From: a virus | Lineage: Duplodnaviria; Caudoviricetes | Virus record (IMG/VR): IMGVR_UViG_3300022217_000059 | Coordinates: 1-38,739 of that record | DNA: 38,739 nt | Strand: one strand, 5' to 3' | Part shown: positions 1 to 8,100 of the stretch, piece after piece | How the letters are laid out: each line of letters begins with the position of its first letter | Numbering within the stretch: the first letter of the stretch is position 1 | Position numbers and translations under genes: made by a program | Notes under the pieces: model-generated | Seen by the model: only the letters and a program-made list of their open reading frames with translations | What the model was told of the DNA's origin: nothing | Databases searched by the model: none

Positions 1-128
1 TAGTGTGACGGGAAACGAGAATAGACAGAGACAGAGTGGACGGTGAATCACCGCAGAATGGACTACAGTGCAGTATAGAGTACACTGTAGCTCTGATTAA
101 CCACTAACTCTGATGGAGATTAAATACT

Positions 129-347
129 ATGTTAAACATTGGTGATAACATTGAAGCAGAGGTAAAGGGTGGCAAACTGGTTCTCTCAATCGACCTCTCA
201 CAGAGTGGTAAAGAGTCGGGTTCTGGCAAGATGCTTCTTGTTTGTAACTCCGGCGGGTGGCAGAAAGTTGTAGGTAAAGGTATACCGGACGGTTTCAAGT
301 TCAACCTTACGGGCGGAGTGCCTAACGAGAAAACCCACACTCTGTAA
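129..347 (+). CDS. small hypothetical phage protein
   Basis: 72-aa ORF; GGAG upstream; followed by a hairpin at 361-386. Confidence 0.7.
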   Translation: MLNIGDNIEAEVKGGKLVLSIDLSQSGKESGSGKMLLVCNSGGWQKVVGKGIPDGFKFNLTGGVPNEKTHTL

Positions 348-360
348 GTCAACACTAACA

Positions 361-386
361 TGGGGAGAGGGTAACACCTCTCCCCA
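361..386 (+). terminator. GC-rich stem-loop (terminator or processing site)
   Basis: TGGGGAGAGG-gtaaca-CCTCTCCCCA, perfect 10-bp stem; no clear U-tract. Confidence 0.55.
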
Positions 387-404
387 CTATTCATGGAGGT
401 AGTC

Positions 405-521
405 ATGGAGTGGATATACTTATCAGTCATGGGCAAATACACAGATAATAGGTCACTACTTCACAGGTGCGGATGTGGCACAGTTACAAGTGGTATCAGT
501 TGCAGTCGGTGTGGGGGTTAA
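405..521 (+). CDS. 38-aa Cys-rich miniprotein (not in ORF track)
   Basis: GGAGGT SD then ATG; MEWIYLSVMGKYTDNRSLLHRCGCGTVTSGISCSRCGG; stop lies inside a hairpin. Confidence 0.55.
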   Translation: MEWIYLSVMGKYTDNRSLLHRCGCGTVTSGISCSRCGG

Positions 522-604
522 TACCCCCACGCCCGATACTCTGACTATAAACAGCCTGTGTCTCAACACAGACACGTGTGGCTGATAAGAACGAGGTGTA
601 AAGT

Positions 605-847
605 ATGTATATTATACACAGAGAAGGACTGTTTCCTGCATTATTAGAAGGTATAAGGAACACGAATCGTGAGCCTTATCACTTAGAACTAAGAGTAAGG
701 GAAAAGTATGCAAGAGCAGTGTATGGTAATAGTGGTATGCCTGATGGTAATAATACACACGAGGTTGAGAGACAAGTTAACTCAGGTGATTGGGTGGTTG
801 TGTCCAAGGACAAGCTGGATGAGTTATATAGAAAACACAAGAGGTGA
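605..847 (+). CDS. hypothetical protein
   Basis: GAGGTG SD, 80 aa. Confidence 0.7.
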   Translation: MYIIHREGLFPALLEGIRNTNREPYHLELRVREKYARAVYGNSGMPDGNNTHEVERQVNSGDWVVVSKDKLDELYRKHKR

Positions 848-849
848 TT

Positions 850-1020
850 ATGTATTGTAGTGAGGCAGGGTGTAGTAATGGTGACAAACCATTGAGTACT
901 GTTTGTAGTGAGAGGTCACCGAAGGGGTACTATTGTACCGAGGATGTGGGCCATGAGGGTAATCACATAGCTTGTGGTGCTGAACACAGAATGGAGGAGT
1001 GGGAGGTGAACAGTGGCTGA
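850..1020 (+). CDS. 56-aa Cys/His-rich miniprotein (not in ORF track)
   Basis: GAGGTG SD; MYCSEAGC...CSERSPKGYYCTEDVGHEGNHIAC. Confidence 0.65.
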   Translation: MYCSEAGCSNGDKPLSTVCSERSPKGYYCTEDVGHEGNHIACGAEHRMEEWEVNSG

Positions 1021-1174
1021 TGATAGTTTTATCTGCGAGGAGTGCAAGGAGAAGTCACCTTATCTGTGGATAATGAAGGACAAGCGTGAACTGTGTGAGC
1101 ACTGTGCTGGTGGTGAACCAGATGAGGGTGCAGATGCAGTTAGAGAACCCACTAAAAGAACTGTGGAGGCTTAA
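1013..1174 (+). CDS. 53-aa CxxC...CxxC Zn-finger miniprotein (not in ORF track)
   Basis: GGAGGTG SD, GTG start; CEEC...CEHC. Confidence 0.6.
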   Translation: MADDSFICEECKEKSPYLWIMKDKRELCEHCAGGEPDEGADAVREPTKRTVEA

Positions 1175-1175
1175 C

Positions 1176-1424
1176 ATGGAAAACGGTGTTTGTAAACAGG
1201 CTGTGATAGATACAAGGAGAGACAATCACGGTAAAATTATAAGCCAGAAGGTTGTGGGCTGGAAAGAGTACAAGAGGATGACTGTCACAGAATGGGGGGA
1301 GAGTGAGGCAGGTAAAGCCAAGCTCAAAGAACAGGTAGGCAATCTACCCAAGACTGTTGTTATGTACTCTGCTAAGCCTGAACAAGTTGGTGGGGTGTAT
1401 AGGTGGAAGATAAGGATAGTATAA
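1176..1424 (+). CDS. hypothetical protein
   Basis: GGAGG SD before ATG 1176; start chosen over the ORF-track GTG at 1086. Confidence 0.7.
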   Translation: MENGVCKQAVIDTRRDNHGKIISQKVVGWKEYKRMTVTEWGESEAGKAKLKEQVGNLPKTVVMYSAKPEQVGGVYRWKIRIV

Positions 1425-1447
1425 ACTCTAACAGGGAGGAGAGTGTA

Positions 1448-1654
1448 ATGAGTAAGAAGTTTACAGTAAATATGGTTGAGAGGATTGAGGGTTCTGTTGA
1501 GGTATCTGCGGATAGTCGTGAAGATGCAAGACAGAAGGTACTCAATCTACTCATCCCTGGCGGAGTGGAGAGAGTAAAGAACTCTGTTGAGTTCAACATG
1601 AGAGACCTCAAGCGGAGGGTAACAAGAGTAGTGAGAGAGGATGCCTCTGCATAA
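1448..1654 (+). CDS. hypothetical protein
   Basis: GGAGGAG SD before ATG 1448; motif VEVSADSREDA. Confidence 0.7.
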   Translation: MSKKFTVNMVERIEGSVEVSADSREDARQKVLNLLIPGGVERVKNSVEFNMRDLKRRVTRVVREDASA

Positions 1655-1847
1655 CCCATAATCACCGCAGTCTACGCCTAGACATTGGAGAGGGGGTGAT
1701 ATCAATGTTTTAGAGTAAAGGGACGCCCTAACAAATTATAATTAGGAGAAGAAAGAATTAGAGGTATACTGTAAGGAGTAGGTGACAAGTGGTGGGGTAC
1801 AAGCGATGATGCCTCTGTACCCCACCCACCTACAGAAAGGAGAAGTA

Positions 1848-2420
1848 GTGGATAGAAGCGAACACAGAAGAAAGTTTGGCAAAGAATACCCCGTCACATA
1901 TGATATATGCAAAGAATGTGGAGGGGACTGGTTTAACCACTATGATGCAGATTGCACTGATGAAAGTAGAGAGAGTGGAGGGAAGATAAGAAAGGGGTAC
2001 CAATCAGCAGAGGGTATACCTATTCGTATAGGAGACGAAGTGAAATTAGTCTCCGCCATTGAAGGTGAGAGATATATACTGGAACGTAGAAAGGGGGAAA
2101 TATACGAAGTAGTAACGTATAAGGGTAGGGGTAGACTGTATATCAGAAGCATATCTGGGTCTAATTTATACTGGAACTCCAGTATGGTAACCGTATTATC
2201 AACCGTAAAAGGGGGAAATAGCACTATGAGTGACAACATCAACAACACAATCGCAAAGGTGTACGAGCAGACTCGTAATGCACGGGTAGTGAACAAGTAC
2301 TTCAGCAAGACGATACCGGACAGCCTGTTCGGGGAGTGTGTACTCTCAACCAAAGAGAACAAGAAGAAATTCTTGGACGAAGCCAGAAGGCTTGAGGCAA
2401 AAGCCAAAGCAAAGAAGTAG
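1848..2420 (+). CDS. hypothetical protein (CxxC..H..C N-terminus, IRIGDEV SH3-like strand)
   Basis: AAGGAG SD before GTG 1848; possible internal start at ATG 2226. Confidence 0.7.
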   Translation: MDRSEHRRKFGKEYPVTYDICKECGGDWFNHYDADCTDESRESGGKIRKGYQSAEGIPIRIGDEVKLVSAIEGERYILERRKGEIYEVVTYKGRGRLYIRSISGSNLYWNSSMVTVLSTVKGGNSTMSDNINNTIAKVYEQTRNARVVNKYFSKTIPDSLFGECVLSTKENKKKFLDEARRLEAKAKAKK

Positions 2421-2450
2421 TCAATCAAGTATACGTGGGAAGGAGTTAGT

Positions 2451-2618
2451 ATGGAATACTGGGTAGAAGAGGAGAGTGGGTTGTATTACATCTGCGGTAG
2501 TGGGGGTTTACGCAATCCACTCCCCTTCTACTCCAGACATGAAGCAGAGATAGTGTTGGAAGAGTCAAGAGTAATATCTATATTTATTGCGGAGAGAAGG
2601 AGAGAGGGGTTACAATGA
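2451..2618 (+). CDS. 55-aa hypothetical protein (not in ORF track)
   Basis: AAGGAG SD; ATGA overlap with the next gene. Confidence 0.6.
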   Translation: MEYWVEEESGLYYICGSGGLRNPLPFYSRHEAEIVLEESRVISIFIAERRREGLQ

Positions 2619-2770
2619 GGTGCCAGTGGTGTGGAACTATTCTAATCTTTGGTTGTTGTCCAGCCTGTGCAGGGTATGATGATGCTCGGAAAGAGAAGAT
2701 AGAAACAGCTATAACAAAGTACAAGCCGAAGTTGGTTAAAGATGTTGAGAGATTGAAGAGAAAGGATTGA
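2615..2770 (+). CDS. 51-aa Zn-finger miniprotein (not in ORF track)
   Basis: MRCQWCG...CCPAC; coupled start. Confidence 0.6.
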   Translation: MRCQWCGTILIFGCCPACAGYDDARKEKIETAITKYKPKLVKDVERLKRKD

Positions 2771-2771
2771 T

Positions 2772-2849
2772 ATGTTAGTGTCAATTGTTGATATAAGTAT
2801 TATTGCAGTGTTTATATTATTAACTTTGTATTGTGTAAATAGGAAATAG
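2772..2849 (+). CDS. 25-aa single-TM peptide
   Basis: AAGGA SD; MLVSIVDISIIAVFILLTLYCVNRK. Confidence 0.45.
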   Translation: MLVSIVDISIIAVFILLTLYCVNRK

Positions 2850-2852
2850 AAT

Positions 2853-2993
2853 ATGATGGTGAGTTTTTATACACACTGGCAAGAGTACCCTAGATTTCAG
2901 TTATATTGGAGATGGAAAGAGTACAGACAAGATTTAGACTTAGCAGTAATCGTGTGGGGTAGGTGGTTTGGGGTATTGATAGATTACAGTTAA
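2853..2993 (+). CDS. 46-aa aromatic-rich miniprotein
   Basis: tiles the gap between neighbouring ORFs; AGGA upstream. Confidence 0.45.
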   Translation: MMVSFYTHWQEYPRFQLYWRWKEYRQDLDLAVIVWGRWFGVLIDYS

Positions 2994-3008
2994 TTAAGGA
3001 GAAAAAGT

Positions 3009-3104
3009 GTGAGAGTATTTTACTGTAATATATGTTGTAATTGGATACAATCACCATTCTTTATTACTCATGCACGTAACTGTATAAGGAGGATATTAGT
3101 ATGA
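3009..3104 (+). CDS. 31-aa Cys/His miniprotein
   Basis: AAGGAG SD, GTG; CNICC...H...C; ATGA overlap with the next gene. Confidence 0.45.
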   Translation: MRVFYCNICCNWIQSPFFITHARNCIRRILV

Positions 3105-3304
3105 ATACCGAAGTAATGGATAGGGTTGAGGGTATTCTGCGAGAATTAGCAACACAGCTTGGCACTACTGTTGAACACGTTTATGGAGTACTGATAGACC
3201 AAGTCTACGTAGAAGCATTACAATCTGGGTTTTATTAATTGTTCTTCTTAGCAGGTATAATAGTATCTGTCTACTTGCTGAGGACATATACAAAAGATAT
3301 TTAA
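3101..3304 (+). pseudogene. membrane-protein gene with an in-frame TAA at 3236-3238
   Basis: AAGGAGG SD; LATQLGTTVEHVYGVL...SGFY*LFFLAGIIVSVYLLR; a hydrophobic helix continues in frame after the stop. Confidence 0.5.
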
Positions 3305-3322
3305 AGTAATAGGAGGTAACTA

Positions 3323-3529
3323 GTGGAAGTACACATGATTGACGGAGCTAAGACAGGATTCTATCACTACGATTTAAAGTGTTTCTGCAAGAAGTGTGAG
3401 AAGGAGATGGTAGAGGGTAGGGGTAAGGAATTGAAGGAGAAGGCGAGACACAACGTACACAATTTAAACTTCATGTTTAAGTGTGGGCATGGTGAGAACG
3501 TGTTTATTAATAGATTAAGGAGGAAGTAG
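3323..3529 (+). CDS. small Zn-ribbon-like protein
   Basis: AGGAGGT SD, GTG; CKKC...CGH. Confidence 0.65.
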   Translation: MEVHMIDGAKTGFYHYDLKCFCKKCEKEMVEGRGKELKEKARHNVHNLNFMFKCGHGENVFINRLRRK

Positions 3530-3530
3530 T

Positions 3531-3758
3531 ATGGCATGGTATATTTATCGTCATGGAGATTTTGACTTTACGGAATGCAAGGATAAGCAGGAAGTTCTTA
3601 AAATACTATCGGAAGTTCAAGAGGAAGAGAATGATACCGAGGAGGAGATGAACAGCTTAATAACTGTAATAAAAGGGGAGGAGATTAGGATTACTACCAA
3701 TACAAAAACAGAGGTAGGGTTAGTAGAACCTAAATGTAGTTGTAAAGGAGGTAGGTGA
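3531..3758 (+). CDS. acidic hypothetical protein
   Basis: AAGGAGG SD; ends CSCKGGR. Confidence 0.7.
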   Translation: MAWYIYRHGDFDFTECKDKQEVLKILSEVQEEENDTEEEMNSLITVIKGEEIRITTNTKTEVGLVEPKCSCKGGR

Positions 3759-4918
3759 TGGAGCGTGTACAGAATACTGAGAAGTTACCCGTAAAACTGT
3801 GGTTAGAGGACATAGAAGATGGTGCTATGAAACAAGCTATTAACTTAGCGTACCACCCCTCTGCATTTCACCACATAGTAATAATGCCTGACTCACATCG
3901 AGGCTATGGTATGCCTATAGGTGGTGTATTAGCCACAAGAGATACTGTTATACCTGAAGCAGTGGGTGTGGATATAGGTTGTGGTATGTGTGCTATTCCA
4001 ACAAGTATTATGACTCCTGATAAGGCCAAGCTACGCAGAGTAATGGAACTTGTTAGAGAGCGTGTGCCAGTGGGATTCTCACACCATGTAGAGAGACAGT
4101 CTGGTATGCCAAGCATAGTTGGTATTGGTGGAGATATAGTAGACCGAGAATATGAGTCTGCTACAAAACAGATAGGTACGTTGGGTGGTGGCAACCACTT
4201 CATAGAACTACAGATGGATGAGGAAGGTAGGATGTGGGTTATGATACACTCTGGCTCACGTAATATAGGCTATCAAGTAGCAAAGCATTATAAGGAAGTA
4301 GCTGATACCTTATGTAAGAAATGGTATCATAATGAACTTGTCAAGCAGAGGTTGTCGTTTCTGCCTATAGACTCAGATGAAGGACGCAGTTACTTGGCAG
4401 AGATGAAGTATTGTCTTGAATTCGCTAAGGCCAATAGAGCATTGATGTTATCCAGAGTGCTTGAGTCTATCGGTGAGGTATTTAGTAACGCAGAAGTAAT
4501 AACTCCTGCTATCAATAAGTGTCATAACTTCGTAGAACTGGAAAATCACTTTGGTAAGAACGTATGGGTACATAGAAAGGGGGCTACCAGAGCAAGAGAA
4601 GGAGAGATGGGTATTATACCTGGAAGTCAAGGTACAGCATCATATATCGTGAGCGGTAGGGGAGAAAGGGAGTCATTCACATCATGCTCTCATGGTGCTG
4701 GTAGAGTTATGAGTAGGAAACAAGCACAGAGAGAGCTATCAGTAGTGAGTGAAGTAGCTAAGTTGGATGCTATCGGTGTTATTCACTCCATAAGAGGGAA
4801 GAAGGACTTAGATGAAGCCCCGTCAGCCTATAAGAACATTGACGTAGTAATGGAGAATCAGAAGGATTTAGTGGAAATAGTCCGCAAACTAACACCCTTA
4901 GCAGTTATAAAGGGATAG
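3755..4918 (+). CDS. rtcB: RtcB RNA ligase (3'-phosphate/5'-OH)
   Basis: MPDSHRGYG, VGVDIGCG, GTLGGGNHF, HSGSR, HN, HRKGA, PGSQG, SCSHGAGR, DEAPSAYK. Confidence 0.96.
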   Translation: MMERVQNTEKLPVKLWLEDIEDGAMKQAINLAYHPSAFHHIVIMPDSHRGYGMPIGGVLATRDTVIPEAVGVDIGCGMCAIPTSIMTPDKAKLRRVMELVRERVPVGFSHHVERQSGMPSIVGIGGDIVDREYESATKQIGTLGGGNHFIELQMDEEGRMWVMIHSGSRNIGYQVAKHYKEVADTLCKKWYHNELVKQRLSFLPIDSDEGRSYLAEMKYCLEFAKANRALMLSRVLESIGEVFSNAEVITPAINKCHNFVELENHFGKNVWVHRKGATRAREGEMGIIPGSQGTASYIVSGRGERESFTSCSHGAGRVMSRKQAQRELSVVSEVAKLDAIGVIHSIRGKKDLDEAPSAYKNIDVVMENQKDLVEIVRKLTPLAVIKG

Positions 4919-4933
4919 GGAGTCGCTGATATA

Positions 4934-5407
4934 TCAGTCTAACTCCTCTTTGATATGCTTATTAAGTACATTTAACACTTGTGGAGCGATTACAGTGTTA
5001 CTGCCCTCTTTAAATATATTAGTTATAACAGTACTGGGCTGTGTTGAGGGTAGAAGTCCCAGTGCTTTCATTATATCTGTGCGTTGTTTGAAGGTTAAGT
5101 CCATGAACTTGTTAAGTATCTGTGCGTCTTGGAGTATCGGCGGTAATTTATCTTCCGGTAATTCTCCAGACACTACTTTAGCCACAAGGGTAGCAGTGCT
5201 AATATCCTGCTTAATTGTGTCTATAAGGTCAGGTAGACATTCAGTTAAGCGGAGTGCCTGTTCATGTATCTGGTCACGCTTAGCTTGTGACAGTCTCCAC
5301 ACTGATTTCTGTGAAGTACCTTCACCTTCTAGTTGGTCAGATACCTTCTTAGTAGACAGACCTGTAGCAAGTAGTTGTATAGCTTTATCTTCATTCTCTA
5401 GTTCCAT
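4934..5407 (-). CDS. N-terminal HTH protein (terminase-small-subunit-like or regulator)
   Basis: AIQLLATGLSTKKVSDQL...SQKSVWRL HTH pattern; own perfect promoter; ATG 5407. Confidence 0.65.
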   Translation of the reverse strand: MELENEDKAIQLLATGLSTKKVSDQLEGEGTSQKSVWRLSQAKRDQIHEQALRLTECLPDLIDTIKQDISTATLVAKVVSGELPEDKLPPILQDAQILNKFMDLTFKQRTDIMKALGLLPSTQPSTVITNIFKEGSNTVIAPQVLNVLNKHIKEELD

Positions 5408-5413
5408 ACCAAT

Positions 5414-5442
5414 ATTATAGCACAATTCCGTGTAAATGTCAA
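5414..5442 (-). promoter_or_regulatory. consensus sigma70 promoter, probably giving a leaderless mRNA
   Basis: TTGACA-17 nt-TATAAT with extended -10 TG; ATG 6 nt after the -10 box. Confidence 0.88.
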
Positions 5443-5490
5443 GTAAAAAGTGGGGGTATCATGTGTAAATGTGCAAAATGTAGAGAAGGA

Positions 5491-5518
5491 TTGACTAAAG
5501 ATAGGCCAATAATAGAAT
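5491..5518 (+). promoter_or_regulatory. possible sigma70 promoter, divergent from the previous one
   Basis: TTGACT-16 nt-TAGAAT upstream of the radical SAM gene. Confidence 0.45.
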
Positions 5519-5535
5519 TTGAATAGGGGGAGGGT

Positions 5536-6075
5536 ATGAATAAAGCCAGAGTTATTATCACTGAGAAGTGTGATAAGAAGTGTAAGTATTGTTGTAATAA
5601 GCAGGAGAATATAAAGTCTGTAATGCAACCGATAAGCTATATTGAGGATGTGTTAAAGTTTCAGCCTAACTGTAAAGAGGTTATGATTACTGGTGGTGAG
5701 CCTATGCTACGTCCTCACCTTGTTAAACAGATAGTTTTTAGCATGAAGAAGTGGAATAGTAGGTGGCGGAAGGATATAAAAGTCTATTTATACTCCGCTA
5801 TGTATACCCATCATCTGGGAGAAGTAATGCCATTTATAGACGGTTTGCAGTATACTCTACACACAAGTACAGATATGGATATGTACCGCTTTTATGAACT
5901 ACAGAGAGAACTGAGTAGGTATAAGTACAGTGTCAGGTCATTTAGGTTATATATTAGACAAAACATAACGGATATGATTAATATAAGACCGAGTTTATGG
6001 AATCGTGTAGAAGTGAAACCGTGGATAGTAGATTGCCCCCTACCTTCAGACGAGGAATTATTTGTGTTGCGTTAA
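5536..6075 (+). CDS. small radical SAM protein
   Basis: CDKKCKYC (CxxxCxxC) and ITGGEPMLR; 179 aa. Confidence 0.88.
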   Translation: MNKARVIITEKCDKKCKYCCNKQENIKSVMQPISYIEDVLKFQPNCKEVMITGGEPMLRPHLVKQIVFSMKKWNSRWRKDIKVYLYSAMYTHHLGEVMPFIDGLQYTLHTSTDMDMYRFYELQRELSRYKYSVRSFRLYIRQNITDMINIRPSLWNRVEVKPWIVDCPLPSDEELFVLR

Positions 6076-6099
6076 GTTGTTTAATCCTGACTGCGGAAT

Positions 6100-6128
6100 T
6101 TGACAAGTGTGGCGATTCGTGTTAGAAT
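6100..6128 (+). promoter_or_regulatory. sigma70 promoter
   Basis: TTGACA-17 nt-TAGAAT with extended -10 TG. Confidence 0.8.
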
Positions 6129-6183
6129 TTTAGAAATGGTCGGCTCGCCCTACAGATGAGTACGACTCAACAAGGAGGTTGAT

Positions 6184-6594
6184 ATGAGTAAAATACTGGT
6201 TGGAAAGATTATTAAAGAGATTAGGGTTGCAGAGGACAGAGGAGCAATATGTTTTGTAACAGACGATGGTGAGATTATAGCAAAGGCATATGGTGACTGT
6301 TGTTCTCACACATGGATTGAGCATATAGAGTTACCTGCTATGGGATTGCCAGCAGTAGTATCTTCTGTAGAGGATATTGATATGCCAGATTTAGGCTCCC
6401 CAGACGACTTCGATGTTATTGTTTATTATGGGTGTAAGATTATAACAGATAAGGGTGAGGTTGTTATTGATTATCGTAACTCATCAAACGGTTATTATGG
6501 TGGTAGTTTATCTTGGCCTGATGATTCCTTCTACGGAGGAGTATACGTGCAGAATAAATCTACAGAAAAGTGGGATGTAGTAAAAGAGGAGTAG
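6184..6594 (+). CDS. conserved-type phage hypothetical protein
   Basis: AAGGAGGT SD; GDCCSHTWIE and SNGYYGG motifs. Confidence 0.8.
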   Translation: MSKILVGKIIKEIRVAEDRGAICFVTDDGEIIAKAYGDCCSHTWIEHIELPAMGLPAVVSSVEDIDMPDLGSPDDFDVIVYYGCKIITDKGEVVIDYRNSSNGYYGGSLSWPDDSFYGGVYVQNKSTEKWDVVKEE

Positions 6595-6607
6595 AAAGGA
6601 GGTAAAT

Positions 6608-7201
6608 ATGCCAAGAGGAGATTCAATGTGGGTTAACGACAGTGTAACTGTTACCCTGCCTGACCCCACACCGACTACAACAAGTTACAGATATATTAGT
6701 TCTGTGCTTGGTGGGTCACAACCAGAACAACCAACAGACCCAACAACAGAAGGAAGGAGGAAGAGGATGAAGGTATTTAAACGTGGTATTAATGTAAGAG
6801 TTACTAAAGGAGGTGTAAATGAAGAGAGTTCTGGGAGGGGTAATAGACACAATTACACGAATGGTGAGATTTATACCATCTTTAAGATTGAAAGGGGTGA
6901 CCCTAGTATAACAAGCTACAGGTTGCGTTCTCTGGATGGTCAGTGGGAAGGCAACTGGATTAGCCAAGAAGATTTGGTTATCGCCAATAGGAAGGAGTTG
7001 AAGAAGATTTACTCTGAAATGCTTGCTTTCTCTACTAAAGAGGTTGAGAGGTTGGCGAAGAAGGTGGCGGTGATAGAAAAGTATGATAGTATCGAGGAGG
7101 AGGTGGCACATGAAATAGTCGCACTTGGTGGGGATGTTGATAAGGTCATTTCTTACCTTAAAGGCAATCCTGATATTGAGATAGTTGAACTCGACAGATA
7201 A
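6608..7201 (+). CDS. hypothetical protein (P/T-rich N-terminus, SH3-like core, coiled coil)
   Basis: AAGGAGGT SD; second in-frame SD + ATG at 6767. Confidence 0.75.
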   Translation: MPRGDSMWVNDSVTVTLPDPTPTTTSYRYISSVLGGSQPEQPTDPTTEGRRKRMKVFKRGINVRVTKGGVNEESSGRGNRHNYTNGEIYTIFKIERGDPSITSYRLRSLDGQWEGNWISQEDLVIANRKELKKIYSEMLAFSTKEVERLAKKVAVIEKYDSIEEEVAHEIVALGGDVDKVISYLKGNPDIEIVELDR

Positions 7202-7212
7202 GGAGGATTCAG

Positions 7213-8091
7213 ATGGGAGTTAAGAATTACGGGCATAAGCCCCAGCCTAAGTTCGACAAGGATTACAAGGAGAATGAGTTATTTCTCGGTATAGAATTGG
7301 AGTTAGAGTGCAAAGAGGAGAGAAGCACTGACTCTCTTGCTGATGTTGCTGAGAGAATGATGAACAAGGAAGTGTACTGCAAGAGTGATAGCTCAATAGA
7401 CTACGGATTTGAGATGGTGTCTCATCCCAAAACTATTGCCTATCATAGAAATGGTATGAAATGGTCAGAGACTCTGGAGTTTCTCAGGAAAGAAGGGTGT
7501 ACCAGCCACAATACAAGTACTTGTGGTATCCATGTACACTTCAATAATGAGTTTCTGTCTCCTTCCAAGCGTATCGCACTTGGGGTATTCTTCGCTAGGT
7601 ATGGCAAGAATATAGTGAGAATAGCTCGTAGGTACAGTGGTTTCGGTAAGATAGTGAAGATTGACAAGAAGAATCTGAAGAAGCCCATGCAGCATGGTAG
7701 ACAGGCTATCAACTTCGGTGGTAGGACTATTGAGATAAGAATCTTTAGGGGGTCTTTGGTGCGAGCTACCGTACTGGCAACCCTTGAGTTCGTTGACTCT
7801 ATCGCAAGGTTTGTCAAAGTAACTCCTGTGAAGACTCTTGTCAGAGGAGATGCGTGGAATGAGTATATTAAGTACGTCACCGCTAACTCAACTACTGAGG
7901 AGAAGGAGGGTAAGAGCTACAAGTACCGTGACTTGCTCCCCTACCTCAATTTGGTAAAGGCAGTAAAACCTCTCAAGATAGAGGAAGATAAGATTTACTT
8001 TAACAGAGGTAAGAGCGATACGATAAGTCTCAGGCATACTCATAAGAGAGACGACAGGGAAGTGTATAAACCCAAAACTTCAAGAAGATAA
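7213..8091 (+). CDS. putative COOH-NH2 amidoligase (glutamine synthetase/GCS fold)
   Basis: GIELELE, DSSI, GFEMVSHP, TCGIHVH, TIEIRIFRGSL. Confidence 0.88.
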   Translation: MGVKNYGHKPQPKFDKDYKENELFLGIELELECKEERSTDSLADVAERMMNKEVYCKSDSSIDYGFEMVSHPKTIAYHRNGMKWSETLEFLRKEGCTSHNTSTCGIHVHFNNEFLSPSKRIALGVFFARYGKNIVRIARRYSGFGKIVKIDKKNLKKPMQHGRQAINFGGRTIEIRIFRGSLVRATVLATLEFVDSIARFVKVTPVKTLVRGDAWNEYIKYVTANSTTEEKEGKSYKYRDLLPYLNLVKAVKPLKIEEDKIYFNRGKSDTISLRHTHKRDDREVYKPKTSRR

Positions 8092-8100
8092 GGAGGAACT

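Noticed and set aside
3734-3758. CSCKGGR terminus as a ninth tag
   Set aside because: Only CxCKG matches; AVxCxxH and EFR are absent, and the KGG codons are explained by the rtcB SD.
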